DNA of 64,000 nucleotides from an uncultured Candidatus Saccharibacteria bacterium. GTDB taxonomy: Bacteria > Patescibacteriota > Minisyncoccia > Phycocordibacterales > UBA9973. Below the pieces are notes generated by a model that was not told where the DNA came from, ran no database searches, and saw only the letters and a list, made by a program, of their open reading frames with translations. Position numbers and translations under genes: made by a program. This document shows, piece by piece, positions 49,564 to 59,506 of the stretch; the first letter of the stretch is position 1, and every line of letters begins with the position of its first letter. The stretch spans positions 5,376 through 69,375 of the forward strand of contig CAZSFP010000001.1 in assembly GCA_964606285.1 (NCBI GenBank), in the 5' to 3' direction.

Positions 49564-49878
49564 ATGAAATCTGCAGTTATACAGACAGGGGGAAAACAAT
49601 ACGTCGTCGCCATTGGTGATGTCGTTACCATCGAGAAATTGCCAGACGTTGCTGTCGGGTCAAAAGTCTCATTTGATCAGGTTTTTTTGAAGACTGATGG
49701 TGACGCTGTCACTGTTGGAACACCACTCGTATCAGGTGGACTCGTCTCTGGTGAAGTCACTGCACTCGGTCGCGCAGCGAAAGTCATCGTCATGCGTTAC
49801 AAACAAAAGAGTCGTTATCTCAAAAAGAATGGCCACCGCCAACCATTCGTCAAAGTTAAAATTACGGCAATTGCGTAA
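49564..49878 (+). CDS. rplU: 50S ribosomal protein L21
   Basis: AVIQTGGKQY, GHRQPF. Confidence 0.98.
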   Translation: MKSAVIQTGGKQYVVAIGDVVTIEKLPDVAVGSKVSFDQVFLKTDGDAVTVGTPLVSGGLVSGEVTALGRAAKVIVMRYKQKSRYLKKNGHRQPFVKVKITAIA

Positions 49879-49967
49879 CATAAAAAATTCCCTCAAATTT
49901 GAGGGAATTTTTTTGAATATATTGTATATTCTCTTAAAAGTTGTATGATAAAGAAAAAATAAATGAC

Positions 49968-50159
49968 ATGGCTGAACTAAAGGCTTCATTGGACCAACTG
50001 TTTAAAAATGGCAAAGATTTCGAATTTAATATGGGAGATTATTCGACCAAAAAATCTGAGCGAGAAATGACTCGATTAGAAGTAAAGTACAAAGAACTTG
50101 ATAAGAGTTCTTGCGTGGATTTTAATGATCCAATTATGAGAACCCCATTTGTTATTTAA
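49968..50159 (+). CDS. Small hypothetical protein
   Basis: Short ORF; appears co-transcribed with 50178-50375. Confidence 0.5.
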   Translation: MAELKASLDQLFKNGKDFEFNMGDYSTKKSEREMTRLEVKYKELDKSSCVDFNDPIMRTPFVI

Positions 50160-50177
50160 AAATAAATACTTATAGCT

Positions 50178-50375
50178 ATGGAAGAAGACATCAAGAGTAC
50201 TTACGAAAAATTAATTGATGAGCTAAATGCTGAAGGTAAAATTATCACAATGACACCTCAAGAACACGAAGAACTTGCTCGTGATATGAGCAGAGGTATG
50301 CAAGAATTTGAGAATGAACAAAGAGCAAGAACTGCATATACTCTCAAACACATGAATGATTTTGTAATGTTTTAA
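50178..50375 (+). CDS. Small hypothetical protein
   Basis: 65-aa ORF followed by a terminator. Confidence 0.55.
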   Translation: MEEDIKSTYEKLIDELNAEGKIITMTPQEHEELARDMSRGMQEFENEQRARTAYTLKHMNDFVMF

Positions 50376-50404
50376 ACAAAAATCCCCAGAATTCGGGGAT
50401 TTTT

Positions 50405-50998
50405 TTATTGGCGATTTTGGAGAGCGTACTTTACGGTTTCTGAATCAGAATATTCGATTTCGGTACCGGTTGAGAGGCCACGGCCGAGGCTGGAGATTTT
50501 TATTTTAAATGGTGCGAGGAATTCACGCATTTTCTCATCAGTATGATCGCCATCGGGTGTCAGTGAAAAGGCGAGAATAATTTCTTTGAGATCTCCAGAG
50601 AGATCACGAATGCGTTTTTCGAGCTGTGCTGTCCGTGCACGAGTTTGGCGTTTTTCGATGAGTGGAATCGTATCACCAAGGACGAAATAATTGCCACCGT
50701 ATAGACCACTTTTTTTGATGACATCATGATCGGTGTCTTTCTCAACAACGAGGAGAATGGAGCGATCGACAGATGGATTACTGCAGGTATCACAGATACC
50801 GTCAGTGCCTATCCGTGAATAGCGGAGACAGAGCGGACATTGCTGGACGGCTTGCTTGAGTGTTTCTATTGTCTGAGCAAGATCAGTCACATAGTCGCGA
50901 TTCTGTGCGAGGAGAAAATAGACAAAGCGACGGGATTGGCGTTCACCGATACCCGGGAATCGTGCAAAAAGTTGTGCGAGTTTATCGAGATGTTCCAT
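50405..50998 (-). CDS. recR: Recombination mediator RecR
   Basis: FPGIGE, CxxC..CxxC, Toprim VVE, EIEYSD. Confidence 0.96.
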   Translation of the reverse strand: MEHLDKLAQLFARFPGIGERQSRRFVYFLLAQNRDYVTDLAQTIETLKQAVQQCPLCLRYSRIGTDGICDTCSNPSVDRSILLVVEKDTDHDVIKKSGLYGGNYFVLGDTIPLIEKRQTRARTAQLEKRIRDLSGDLKEIILAFSLTPDGDHTDEKMREFLAPFKIKISSLGRGLSTGTEIEYSDSETVKYALQNRQ

Positions 50999-51001
50999 AT
51001 A

Positions 51002-52387
51002 TTAAAAACTTTCAAAACTTTTATCGGCTTGCGTCATTTTGGAATAACCGTTGTCTTTGACCATGTCCACAAACGTTGCTTTGTCGGCATCAAAGTAAAG
51101 TTCAGCGATACCGGTCGGACCATTGCGGTGTTTTTCAACGATGATTTCGGCAATGTTTGTACGCTCTGATTCGTCTTTACCTTTGTCTTCACGGTGAATG
51201 AACATGACCACGTCCGCGTCCTGTTCGATCGCACCAGAGTCACGAAGGTCAGAGAGTCGTGGTCGGCCGCCACGTTGTTCGACGGCACGAGACAACTGGG
51301 AGAGGGCGAGAACCGGAACGTTGAGTTCACGGGCGAGCGCTTTGAGCGATCGAGAGATTTCTGCGATCTGGTGCACCATCGAATCATAGTTCTTTGTGGT
51401 CGTCATGAGCTGAAGATAGTCGACGACGATGAGTCCGAGTCCGTGTTCACTTTTCATTTTACGGGCGACGGATTTCATGCGGATGATCGAACTGCCTGCC
51501 TGGTCATCGATGAGGATCGGTGATTTTGCCAAACGGTCCATCGCTTCAGATAGTGCAGCAAAGTCGTTGTCTTTCAAATTTTTACCCGTACGGATGTTCC
51601 ACTGGTTGACGCGTGATTCGGCAGAGAGCATACGCTGTGCGAGCTGTGATGAACTCATTTCGAGTGAGAAGATACCGACAGGGATGTTGTGCTTTGTCGC
51701 AGCGAGACGTGCCATATCGAGGGCGAGCGTGGTTTTACCGACAGATGGTCGGGCCGCGAGAATGATGAGATCGGATTTGTGAAAACCGGCGAGCAAATTA
51801 TCAAGCGCCTGGAATCCGGTTGGTACACCCAAGAGTTCTTCTTTGGATTCGTGAAGACGGGAAAGCTCTTCCCATGTTTCGGTAAGGGTTTGTTTCAAAC
51901 TGACAAATTTCTGTGTTTTTGGTGAAGATACAAGTGTAAAAATTTTTTTCTCGGCTTCGTCGAGGACTTCATCGATGTCTTCGGATTCTTCACCGAAACC
52001 AAGTGTGGTGATCGCATCACCGGCTTCGATCAATCCACGAAGAATGTGTTTGCGGTGTACGATCTCGGCGTAGTGACGGACGTTTGTTGCAGCTGGGACC
52101 ATGTTTGCAAGTTCAGAGAGATAGCTCGCACCACCGATGCCGTCGAGTTCTTTGCGTTCACCGAGTTTTGCTGAAACAGAGAGGAGGTCGATTGGTTCAC
52201 TGCGGGAAAAGAGGTCGATCATTGCTCGATAAATAGTCCCATGTTTTGTCGCATAAAAGGCTTCTGGAGTGAGGATATCACTGATCTCATGGAATGCACC
52301 GGCACGAAGCATGACCGAACCGAGTACGGCTTGTTCGGCGTCGAGATTGTGTGGCGGTACGCGGAGATGTGACTGGTTTTTGCTCAT
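51002..52387 (-). CDS. dnaB: Replicative DNA helicase
   Basis: PPHN..AEQAVLG, AARPSVGKT, FSLEM, VDYLQL, SQLSR, DLRDSGAIEQDAD. Confidence 0.99.
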   Translation of the reverse strand: MSKNQSHLRVPPHNLDAEQAVLGSVMLRAGAFHEISDILTPEAFYATKHGTIYRAMIDLFSRSEPIDLLSVSAKLGERKELDGIGGASYLSELANMVPAATNVRHYAEIVHRKHILRGLIEAGDAITTLGFGEESEDIDEVLDEAEKKIFTLVSSPKTQKFVSLKQTLTETWEELSRLHESKEELLGVPTGFQALDNLLAGFHKSDLIILAARPSVGKTTLALDMARLAATKHNIPVGIFSLEMSSSQLAQRMLSAESRVNQWNIRTGKNLKDNDFAALSEAMDRLAKSPILIDDQAGSSIIRMKSVARKMKSEHGLGLIVVDYLQLMTTTKNYDSMVHQIAEISRSLKALARELNVPVLALSQLSRAVEQRGGRPRLSDLRDSGAIEQDADVVMFIHREDKGKDESERTNIAEIIVEKHRNGPTGIAELYFDADKATFVDMVKDNGYSKMTQADKSFESF

Positions 52388-52493
52388 TAGTGTCTATCAT
52401 ACCACAGGAGAGAACAGTACCTCCACGGACAAAATTGCATAACTTTGTTGATATGCTGTGGAAAAGATTCTCTCTATCTGATACTATGGAAAC

Positions 52494-53435
52494 ATGCAAA
52501 AAAAGATTTTAATTTCAGGAATTCAGCCAAGCGGTAAGGTTCATATTGGAAACTATTTCGGTATGATGAAGCAGCTTGTTGATATGCAAGACGATCATGA
52601 ATCTTTTGCATTTATCCCAAACTATCATTCATTGACCAGTATCCACGCGGCAAAAGAAGTCAAAGACAACACCAATGATCTCGTCCTTGATTATCTCGCT
52701 ATCGGTATTGATCCAGAAAAAGTTTCTATTTTCAAACAATCAGACGTTCCAGAAGTAACCGAACTGACATGGATTTTCAATTGTCTCGTCACTATGCCAT
52801 GGCTCGCACGTGCACATGCGTTCAAAGATAAAACTGACAAAGGCATGGAAGCAAATGTTGGACTATTTGATTATCCAGTTCTCATGGCGGCAGATATACT
52901 TTTGTATGATAGTGAGGTGGTGCCTGTCGGTAAAGATCAAAAGCAGCATGTTGAAATGGCACGCGAGGTTGCACAAAAATTCAACAATGCATTTGGTGAG
53001 ACGTTCAAGATACCACAAGAATTTATCAAAGAAGATGTTGCTGTTGTTCCTGGAACTGACGGGCAGAAAATGTCCAAATCATACGGCAACACCATTCCGC
53101 TTTTTGGAACTGATGAAGAGATCAAGAAGGCTGTCATGTCTATCGTGACAGATTCATCCGGCGATGTACCGACAAATGTCTATGCGATTCATAAACTTTT
53201 TAAATCTGAATCCGAACTCACTGCGCTGTATGAAGAAAAGAAAGGGAAGTACAAAGACCTCAAGGAAGCACTCCTTGCCGACATTATCGCATTTGTGACA
53301 CCGATGCGCGAACGCCGAGCTGTATTTGCATCACAACCAGAACTTGTCGCAGATATTCTCCGTCGTGGCGCTGAAAAAGCCCGCGCCCGTGCCCAAGCAA
53401 AAATGAAAATCGTGAGAGAACGAGTAGGATTATAA
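52494..53435 (+). CDS. trpS: Tryptophan--tRNA ligase
   Basis: SGIQPSG.VHIGNY, YPVLMAADIL, VPVGKDQ, KMSKS. Confidence 0.99.
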   Translation: MQKKILISGIQPSGKVHIGNYFGMMKQLVDMQDDHESFAFIPNYHSLTSIHAAKEVKDNTNDLVLDYLAIGIDPEKVSIFKQSDVPEVTELTWIFNCLVTMPWLARAHAFKDKTDKGMEANVGLFDYPVLMAADILLYDSEVVPVGKDQKQHVEMAREVAQKFNNAFGETFKIPQEFIKEDVAVVPGTDGQKMSKSYGNTIPLFGTDEEIKKAVMSIVTDSSGDVPTNVYAIHKLFKSESELTALYEEKKGKYKDLKEALLADIIAFVTPMRERRAVFASQPELVADILRRGAEKARARAQAKMKIVRERVGL

Positions 53436-53442
53436 AAAACAT

Positions 53443-55257
53443 ATGGATACGAAAAAAGAAACAATATTCCATCATTGGAAAAATTTCCTTAAAAACATTA
53501 GGGAAATTTTTACTATTTCATGGAAAGAAGACAAATGGAAATTGATTGGATATTTTATCGGATCAACATGTGTTGCACTTGTTCCTGTATTTCAGTCATA
53601 TGCCAACAAAGTTCTAGTCAACGGAGTTATTGAGGCTGTCACACTACAAAATCTCGGACATCTTTGGTTTGTTGTTGTTATATTGGCGATCGCATATACA
53701 ACCCCAGGTGTCTTTTATAGTTTTAATCATTTCTTTGAGCGGAGTATTTTTTTTACTTTAAATAAAGTTTTTGATCTGGCTGTGGAGTCCAAGCGCAGTG
53801 AATTGGATATTCTCCAATACGAAGATTCAAAGTTCAACAATTTTGTGAATCGAGTAAATGAAAAAGGTATTTGGGTCATAGGAAATATGACAACAACTGT
53901 ATTTTATGATTATCAAAGTATTATCACAATACTTATGTCTGCTGCTGTTGTGGGATTTTATTCTCCTGTTATTTTATTTCTTTTGATTCTTTCATCTATT
54001 CCACAACTCATCCTCAATACCAAGTTTGCAAATATGCAGTGGTATTTGTGGGGAGATGATGTGAATGCGGAGGAACGGAGAAAATATTGGGCAGTAAAAG
54101 GGACACTTTCTTCAATTTCTGATATTACTGAAGTGAAGTTATTTAACTTAAAGAGAAATTTCATCATGCGATTGAGTAATTTTATTGAAAGAATAAAAGA
54201 AATTCAAAACAAGAATAATCGAAAAAAACTTGTATGGTCTCTTGTAACAAATATCCTTGGACAAAGTGCTGTTATTTTTGGAATTTTATATATGATTCGG
54301 GATGCGATTGAAGGAACATTTTCTATAGGTTCGATCGTTCTCGTCGCAGGAGTCATGGCAAGTTTCCAAAATTCTTTGGCAGAATTATTTACCAGTCTGG
54401 GGAGAAATCACGAGGATAGAAAATACCTCCATGATCTTCTTGTGTTTTTAAAAATACAACCGGCTATTGTTGATGGAAAACAAGTGATTGATTTTGATAA
54501 AGCGCCTGAAATTTCATTCAATGCTATTACTTTTTCATATCCAAACAGTGAAAAAAAGATATATGACAATTTTTCTCTTACGATAAAAAGAGGAGAAAAA
54601 ATTGCAATTATAGGCCTCAATGGTGCAGGAAAAACAACGTTGGTAAAATTACTCTGCCGATTTTATGATCCGACAAAAGGTTCTGTCACTATCGGTGGTA
54701 TCAATCTCAAAGATATCAAAAAGCGAACCTGGTATGACCATATTGGAGTTTTGTTCCAAGATTTTGCAAAATATAAATTTACGACTATTGGAGAATTGAT
54801 CAGCCTCGGAGACATTCATTCATTGCCAAATGACGGAGCAGTCCAAAAAGCAGGGAAACAAGCCGATGCTGAGAGTTTCATCAAAGCTTTTCCAAAAGGA
54901 TATGAACAACAACTAGGAAAAGAATTTACTGATGGTGTAGATCCGTCTGGAGGACAATGGCAGAAGCTCGCCATCGCTCGACTTTTCTATAGAAATCCAA
55001 AAATCTGGATTTTGGATGAGCCGACAGCGGCGGTTGATGCTGATGCTGAAGCAAAAATATTTTCACAGCTTGAAAAACTTCCGAGAAATACAACAGTCAT
55101 TTTGATTTCGCACAGATTCTCAACTGTTCGAACCGCAGATCGTATCGTTGTTATCGACGCTGGCAAGGTACGAGAGCAAGGAACTCATGAAGAGCTTATG
55201 GCAATGGGTGGCGAATATGCGAGATTGTTTAGTTTGCAGGCTGAGGGATATAAATAA
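53443..55257 (+). CDS. ABC exporter, fused TM and ATPase domains
   Basis: GLNGAGKT, SGGQWQK, ILDEPT, ISHR. Confidence 0.95.
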   Translation: MDTKKETIFHHWKNFLKNIREIFTISWKEDKWKLIGYFIGSTCVALVPVFQSYANKVLVNGVIEAVTLQNLGHLWFVVVILAIAYTTPGVFYSFNHFFERSIFFTLNKVFDLAVESKRSELDILQYEDSKFNNFVNRVNEKGIWVIGNMTTTVFYDYQSIITILMSAAVVGFYSPVILFLLILSSIPQLILNTKFANMQWYLWGDDVNAEERRKYWAVKGTLSSISDITEVKLFNLKRNFIMRLSNFIERIKEIQNKNNRKKLVWSLVTNILGQSAVIFGILYMIRDAIEGTFSIGSIVLVAGVMASFQNSLAELFTSLGRNHEDRKYLHDLLVFLKIQPAIVDGKQVIDFDKAPEISFNAITFSYPNSEKKIYDNFSLTIKRGEKIAIIGLNGAGKTTLVKLLCRFYDPTKGSVTIGGINLKDIKKRTWYDHIGVLFQDFAKYKFTTIGELISLGDIHSLPNDGAVQKAGKQADAESFIKAFPKGYEQQLGKEFTDGVDPSGGQWQKLAIARLFYRNPKIWILDEPTAAVDADAEAKIFSQLEKLPRNTTVILISHRFSTVRTADRIVVIDAGKVREQGTHEELMAMGGEYARLFSLQAEGYK

Positions 55258-55380
55258 TAAATTCAAATAATAAATTCCTTGAAAAAACACACCACGGGCG
55301 TGTTTTTTTTGTTCGTTTTTTACTTTTTGACATATCTTCTGTTTAGGAATACTATGATGGAAAATCTTTAATAAAATCAC

Positions 55381-56448
55381 ATGTATAAGGAAAAGAAGTT
55401 GAAATTCTTGGGATATGATTTGATGCGCAAGAAGTACATCAGAATCAATATGAGAAAGAACGGATTGGAAATACATCAATTGGAATTCGCGGAGAATGTA
55501 CTTTGTGTTATGGAACAAGTATCCAATGTTTCTCCTGATGTCATTATTACCCCGACTCGTTCGGATACGGTTGTTGATTTGAAAGAAATATTTATACATT
55601 TTCTTTCGCTAGCTGGTCTGACAATACAAGAGATTACCGCTTTTTTGTTGTCAAAAAACGACCGGGCGTTGAGTCGTCCTTCTGTCTGGTGTTTTATGAA
55701 ATCATTTAGTGAAAAACACGAGAAAGATACATACATCAAAGAATTGGTTTCGGATATCATGACGGCTGGTGTTTCATTGCTTTTGAAAGATTTCCCGAAA
55801 AAACAAATTTTTCCTCGGCAGTATGGATCTATTCCGTTTGATGAAAAAACAGGAATGTATTCCCGTGACAAAATCATCCTTGATGGAATTTCTCCACAAA
55901 AAATAAAAGAGGCAGAACGTGTTCTCTGTATTATATCCAGGATTACAAAACTGGAAATGAAGGACATCATCAGTGCAAGTCAGGAAAGAAAATTCGTTGA
56001 TGCTCGTAGAATGTATATTTATTTTTTGAGGAAAAAATTCAAATTCTCTTTATCTGTGTGTGGTCGGTTTTTTGTTTCAAAAAAAGTTGGCCAACACCAG
56101 AAAGATCACGCAACTATTTTTCATGCATTAAAAAGCCATAAGGCGCTTATAGATAGCAACGACAAAGTTTATACTGCGGTATTTCAGGAGGTTATGAGTG
56201 TCTTTCAGAAAAATGCATGTTTCTTGCAGATTTATGAGCTCGAAGGATATTCTTTCAATGGACAAGAAGTTCAAAAGATTATTTTGGTAAACAAGGTGAG
56301 TCACGAATCTGTTGTTTCTGGTGATAATTGGTTTAGTTATGAAGAGCTTTTATTGCTTTTGCACCAAAACAAAATTACTGATCCTGTCATTACAAGCACC
56401 ATGATGCGGAATCCTGATTACTTCACCAAAAAACGACTAGCTGCATAG
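55381..56448 (+). CDS. Protein with two DnaA domain IV-like HTH modules and no AAA+ domain
   Basis: DIISASQERKFVDARRMYIYFLR..FSLSVCGRFF..KDHATIFHA; degenerate copy at about aa 40-110. Confidence 0.7.
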   Translation: MYKEKKLKFLGYDLMRKKYIRINMRKNGLEIHQLEFAENVLCVMEQVSNVSPDVIITPTRSDTVVDLKEIFIHFLSLAGLTIQEITAFLLSKNDRALSRPSVWCFMKSFSEKHEKDTYIKELVSDIMTAGVSLLLKDFPKKQIFPRQYGSIPFDEKTGMYSRDKIILDGISPQKIKEAERVLCIISRITKLEMKDIISASQERKFVDARRMYIYFLRKKFKFSLSVCGRFFVSKKVGQHQKDHATIFHALKSHKALIDSNDKVYTAVFQEVMSVFQKNACFLQIYELEGYSFNGQEVQKIILVNKVSHESVVSGDNWFSYEELLLLLHQNKITDPVITSTMMRNPDYFTKKRLAA

Positions 56449-56513
56449 TCGTTTTTTTTATTGATAAATTAAATATTTAGTGTAATATATAGAAAAACTT
56501 AAATCTCCAAATC

Positions 56514-56762
56514 ATGTTTCTTTCAAATATATTTGAATACTCGTCAAATCATCCTCATTCTCGAGAAGATGTTCTAAAAGATATTATTGCTTGGATGAAA
56601 TTAATAGAATCAATGACTGAATACAAAGGAAGAGAAATAATAAGTCAATCTCATTCAATATCTCTTGATTCATCAGGATTTATGAGTTACTGTGGTTCAG
56701 CAATTCTTCAATTAGGGAAAACAGAAGAAGAAAAGAAGAAGGAAGATGACAGTAAGAAATAA
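56514..56762 (+). CDS. Hypothetical protein
   Basis: 82-aa ORF with promoter and terminator. Confidence 0.6.
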   Translation: MFLSNIFEYSSNHPHSREDVLKDIIAWMKLIESMTEYKGREIISQSHSISLDSSGFMSYCGSAILQLGKTEEEKKKEDDSKK

Positions 56763-56877
56763 AATAAGATTATTCAATAACAAAAAGCGTCCCATGGGCG
56801 CTTTTTTTGTTACTAAAAATCTATTTGACTTAATATCATTTTGATGATATTTTGAAGAAAAAATTAAAAACAGGAAT

Positions 56878-57384
56878 ATGATAGCAGAAAAATCAACAGT
56901 TAAAAAAGTCTCTAAAATTCCAGATGAACTTCTTCCAATGGATCATGAAAAATACTTCAAAGGTATATGTAGAGGCTGTCGACATCTTGGGTATGGTGTT
57001 GGCGGACCGTATTGTGGAAAATTTGATGGATTCCATTGGGATTCTCGTGGTGAAAAAACCAGGCAATTGCTCGATGGAAACTGTGGAGGAATACTTGAAA
57101 AGATTCTTGAACTCAAAGCTCTCATTATCGGAAAATCAGTGATATGTGCATTGAAAAAAGTTAAAAAGTTCGGAAAAATCAAAGATATTGTTTTTGAAAA
57201 AGAAAAAAATTTGTTGTACATAACAATGTCTTTAAAAAACAAGAAAAAAGATTATGTGTTAACTCGTTCAATTGAACACATGAAAATAACGAACATGCCA
57301 CATTCCAATTATTTTCAATTTGTTTGGGGACAGGAGGGAAATGATTATTGGGAGATGGAAACCGTAATGATCATAAAGAAGTAA
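56878..57384 (+). CDS. Hypothetical protein with Cys cluster
   Basis: CRGCRH...C...C; own promoter and terminator. Confidence 0.65.
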   Translation: MIAEKSTVKKVSKIPDELLPMDHEKYFKGICRGCRHLGYGVGGPYCGKFDGFHWDSRGEKTRQLLDGNCGGILEKILELKALIIGKSVICALKKVKKFGKIKDIVFEKEKNLLYITMSLKNKKKDYVLTRSIEHMKITNMPHSNYFQFVWGQEGNDYWEMETVMIIKK

Positions 57385-57444
57385 TTTCATAAAAGCGTCG
57401 AATAGGCGCTTTTTTTGTTGTCTGGAATCTGGTATATTTAGCAA

Positions 57445-59226
57445 ATGCTATCCTCAAACGATATTCGGAACCGATTCCTCCAATTTTTCAAAAACCGCGG
57501 ACACGCGATTATCCCGTCTGCATCACTCGTACCTGAAAACGATCCATCCGTTCTTTTCAATACTGCAGGTATGCAACCACTCGTGCCGTATCTCATGGGA
57601 CAAAAGCATCCATTGGGGAATCGTCTCGCAAGTGCACAAAAATGCGTTCGAACAGGTGATATAGAAGAAGTCGGCAATCACAAGAACCTCACATTTTTTG
57701 AAATGCTTGGCAATTGGTCCCTTGGTGACCCGACTTCACCTGATGGTGTTGGTCGGGCAGGCTATTTCAAAGAAGATGCGATCAAGTGGAGCTTTGAATT
57801 TCTCACATCCAAAGAAGAAGGACTTGGTTTTGATCCATCACGTCTGTATATCACAGTGTTCGAAGGTGATGCAGATGCGCCGCGAGATCTGGAAGCTGTA
57901 GAAATCTGGAAAAAGTATATTTCAGAAAACAGAATTTATTTCTTGCCGAAAAAAAATAACTGGTGGAGTCCAGGAGACAATGGTCCATGCGGTCCGGATA
58001 CCGAAATGTTTTATGATGTCACACCTGATGGACTCGGTGATATGACGCATGATGAATATGTTGCAGCGGACGATGACGGTCGGGTTGTGGAGATTTGGAA
58101 TGATGTATTCATGGAATATGAGAAAAAAGACGGAAACGTTATCGGCAAGCTTGCACAAAAAAATGTTGATACTGGTAGTGGACTTGAACGTGTCACAATG
58201 ATCGCGCAAGGAAAATCAAATGTGTATGAAGCCGACATGTTTGCACCAGTAATGGATATCATCAAGGAAAATAGTTCTCAGTTTGAACAGCGATCAGCAC
58301 GAATTGTTGCAGACCATATTCGAACAGGAATATTTTTGATCGCGGATGGTATTTTTCCATCAAACAAAGATCAGGGATACGTACTTCGACGCCTTATTCG
58401 TCGTGCGGTAATGCAAGGCAAACAATTGCAACTCACCGCAGAAACAATGCAATCCATCGCAGTGTGGTACATAGATTTTTATACAGATGCATATCCAAAT
58501 CTTTTTGAACAAAAAGACCATATTATTCAAATTCTTGGTGGTGAACAAGAAAAATTCCAAAAAACTCTCGACCAAGGCCTCAAGGAATTTGAAAAAGGAG
58601 CAGATCCATTTATTCTTGCGACGAGTTATGGATTTCCGATTGAGCTCACAGAAGAATTGGCAAAAGAAAAGGGAATTGTAATCGATCGAGCTTCATTTGA
58701 TGTTAAAATGAAAGAACATCAAGATCTCTCTCGCTCTGGTTCAGAGCAAAAATTCAAAGGCGGTCTCGCAAATCACAACGAACAGACGGTGAAGTTGCAC
58801 ACTGCACACCACCTCCTGCTTGCTGCACTTCAACAAGTCGTCAGTCCTGATATCAAGCAGCGGGGAAGTAATATTACTGAGGAGCGTCTTCGTATGGATT
58901 TCTCATTTGATCGCAAAGTCACTCCTGAAGAATTACAAAAAGTCGAAGATTTGGTCAATGAAAAAATTCAGGCGAAACATGTAGTCATTCGTCGTGAGAT
59001 GTCACTTACTGAAGCAGAAAAGATTGGTGCTCAAATGGAATTCGGTGCGAAGTACCCTGAAACGGTCAGTGTATATTTCATCGAAGACGAAACCGGCAAC
59101 CCATTTTCAAAAGAATTCTGCGGAGGACCACACGTTTCAAACACTGGTGAGCTTGGACACTTCAAAATTCAAAAAGAAGAAGCGTCGTCGGCTGGTGTTC
59201 GCCGCATCAAGGCGATTTTGGAATAG
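57445..59226 (+). CDS. alaS: Alanine--tRNA ligase (short form without C-Ala domain)
   Basis: LFNTAGMQP, TFFEMLGNWS, VDTGSGLER, HTAHHLL, EFCGGPHV, AGVRRIKA. Confidence 0.99.
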   Translation: MLSSNDIRNRFLQFFKNRGHAIIPSASLVPENDPSVLFNTAGMQPLVPYLMGQKHPLGNRLASAQKCVRTGDIEEVGNHKNLTFFEMLGNWSLGDPTSPDGVGRAGYFKEDAIKWSFEFLTSKEEGLGFDPSRLYITVFEGDADAPRDLEAVEIWKKYISENRIYFLPKKNNWWSPGDNGPCGPDTEMFYDVTPDGLGDMTHDEYVAADDDGRVVEIWNDVFMEYEKKDGNVIGKLAQKNVDTGSGLERVTMIAQGKSNVYEADMFAPVMDIIKENSSQFEQRSARIVADHIRTGIFLIADGIFPSNKDQGYVLRRLIRRAVMQGKQLQLTAETMQSIAVWYIDFYTDAYPNLFEQKDHIIQILGGEQEKFQKTLDQGLKEFEKGADPFILATSYGFPIELTEELAKEKGIVIDRASFDVKMKEHQDLSRSGSEQKFKGGLANHNEQTVKLHTAHHLLLAALQQVVSPDIKQRGSNITEERLRMDFSFDRKVTPEELQKVEDLVNEKIQAKHVVIRREMSLTEAEKIGAQMEFGAKYPETVSVYFIEDETGNPFSKEFCGGPHVSNTGELGHFKIQKEEASSAGVRRIKAILE

Positions 59227-59240
59227 TTTCAATGGGTAGT

Positions 59241-59270
59241 TTGACATTTTCTAAAATAAAAAGTATAAAT
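59241..59270 (+). promoter_or_regulatory. sigma70 promoter of the ncRNA-RT unit
   Basis: TTGACA (59241-59246), 17 bp spacer, TATAAA(T). Confidence 0.75.
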
Positions 59271-59278
59271 ATGATACT

Positions 59279-59452
59279 CCGGTTTCTATTGATGAAACAT
59301 TTCATTGAATAGTTCAATTTTCAGCAGTCAGTATCTGGCTGTCACGATGAACGTTATGTCTCGGGGGATTAAATTCCCACTGACTCAAGGCACGCACTGC
59401 GTGCGTAGAATGAAGTGAGCTCAGGGTTGCGCAAGCAACTCTGAGCGACCGG
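59279..59452 (+). ncRNA. RT-associated structured ncRNA (retron msr/msd-like, atypical)
   Basis: Closing stem CCGGTT/GACCGG encloses five hairpins, including GCTCAGGGTTGC-GCAA-GCAACTCTGAGC (59419-59446); GC-richer than flanks; directly upstream of the RT. Confidence 0.75.
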
Positions 59453-59506
59453 TTATTTGTACTTTTCTAACTAAATAAAAACTAAAACACATTGAAAAAC
59501 AACCAA

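Noticed and set aside
52400-52490. Replication origin between dnaB and trpS
   Set aside because: Only one near-consensus DnaA box in about 100 bp and no dnaA gene nearby.
55300-57420. Prophage or integrative island among the AT-rich orphan genes
   Set aside because: No integrase, structural or replication genes; each orphan is a separate promoter-gene-terminator unit.
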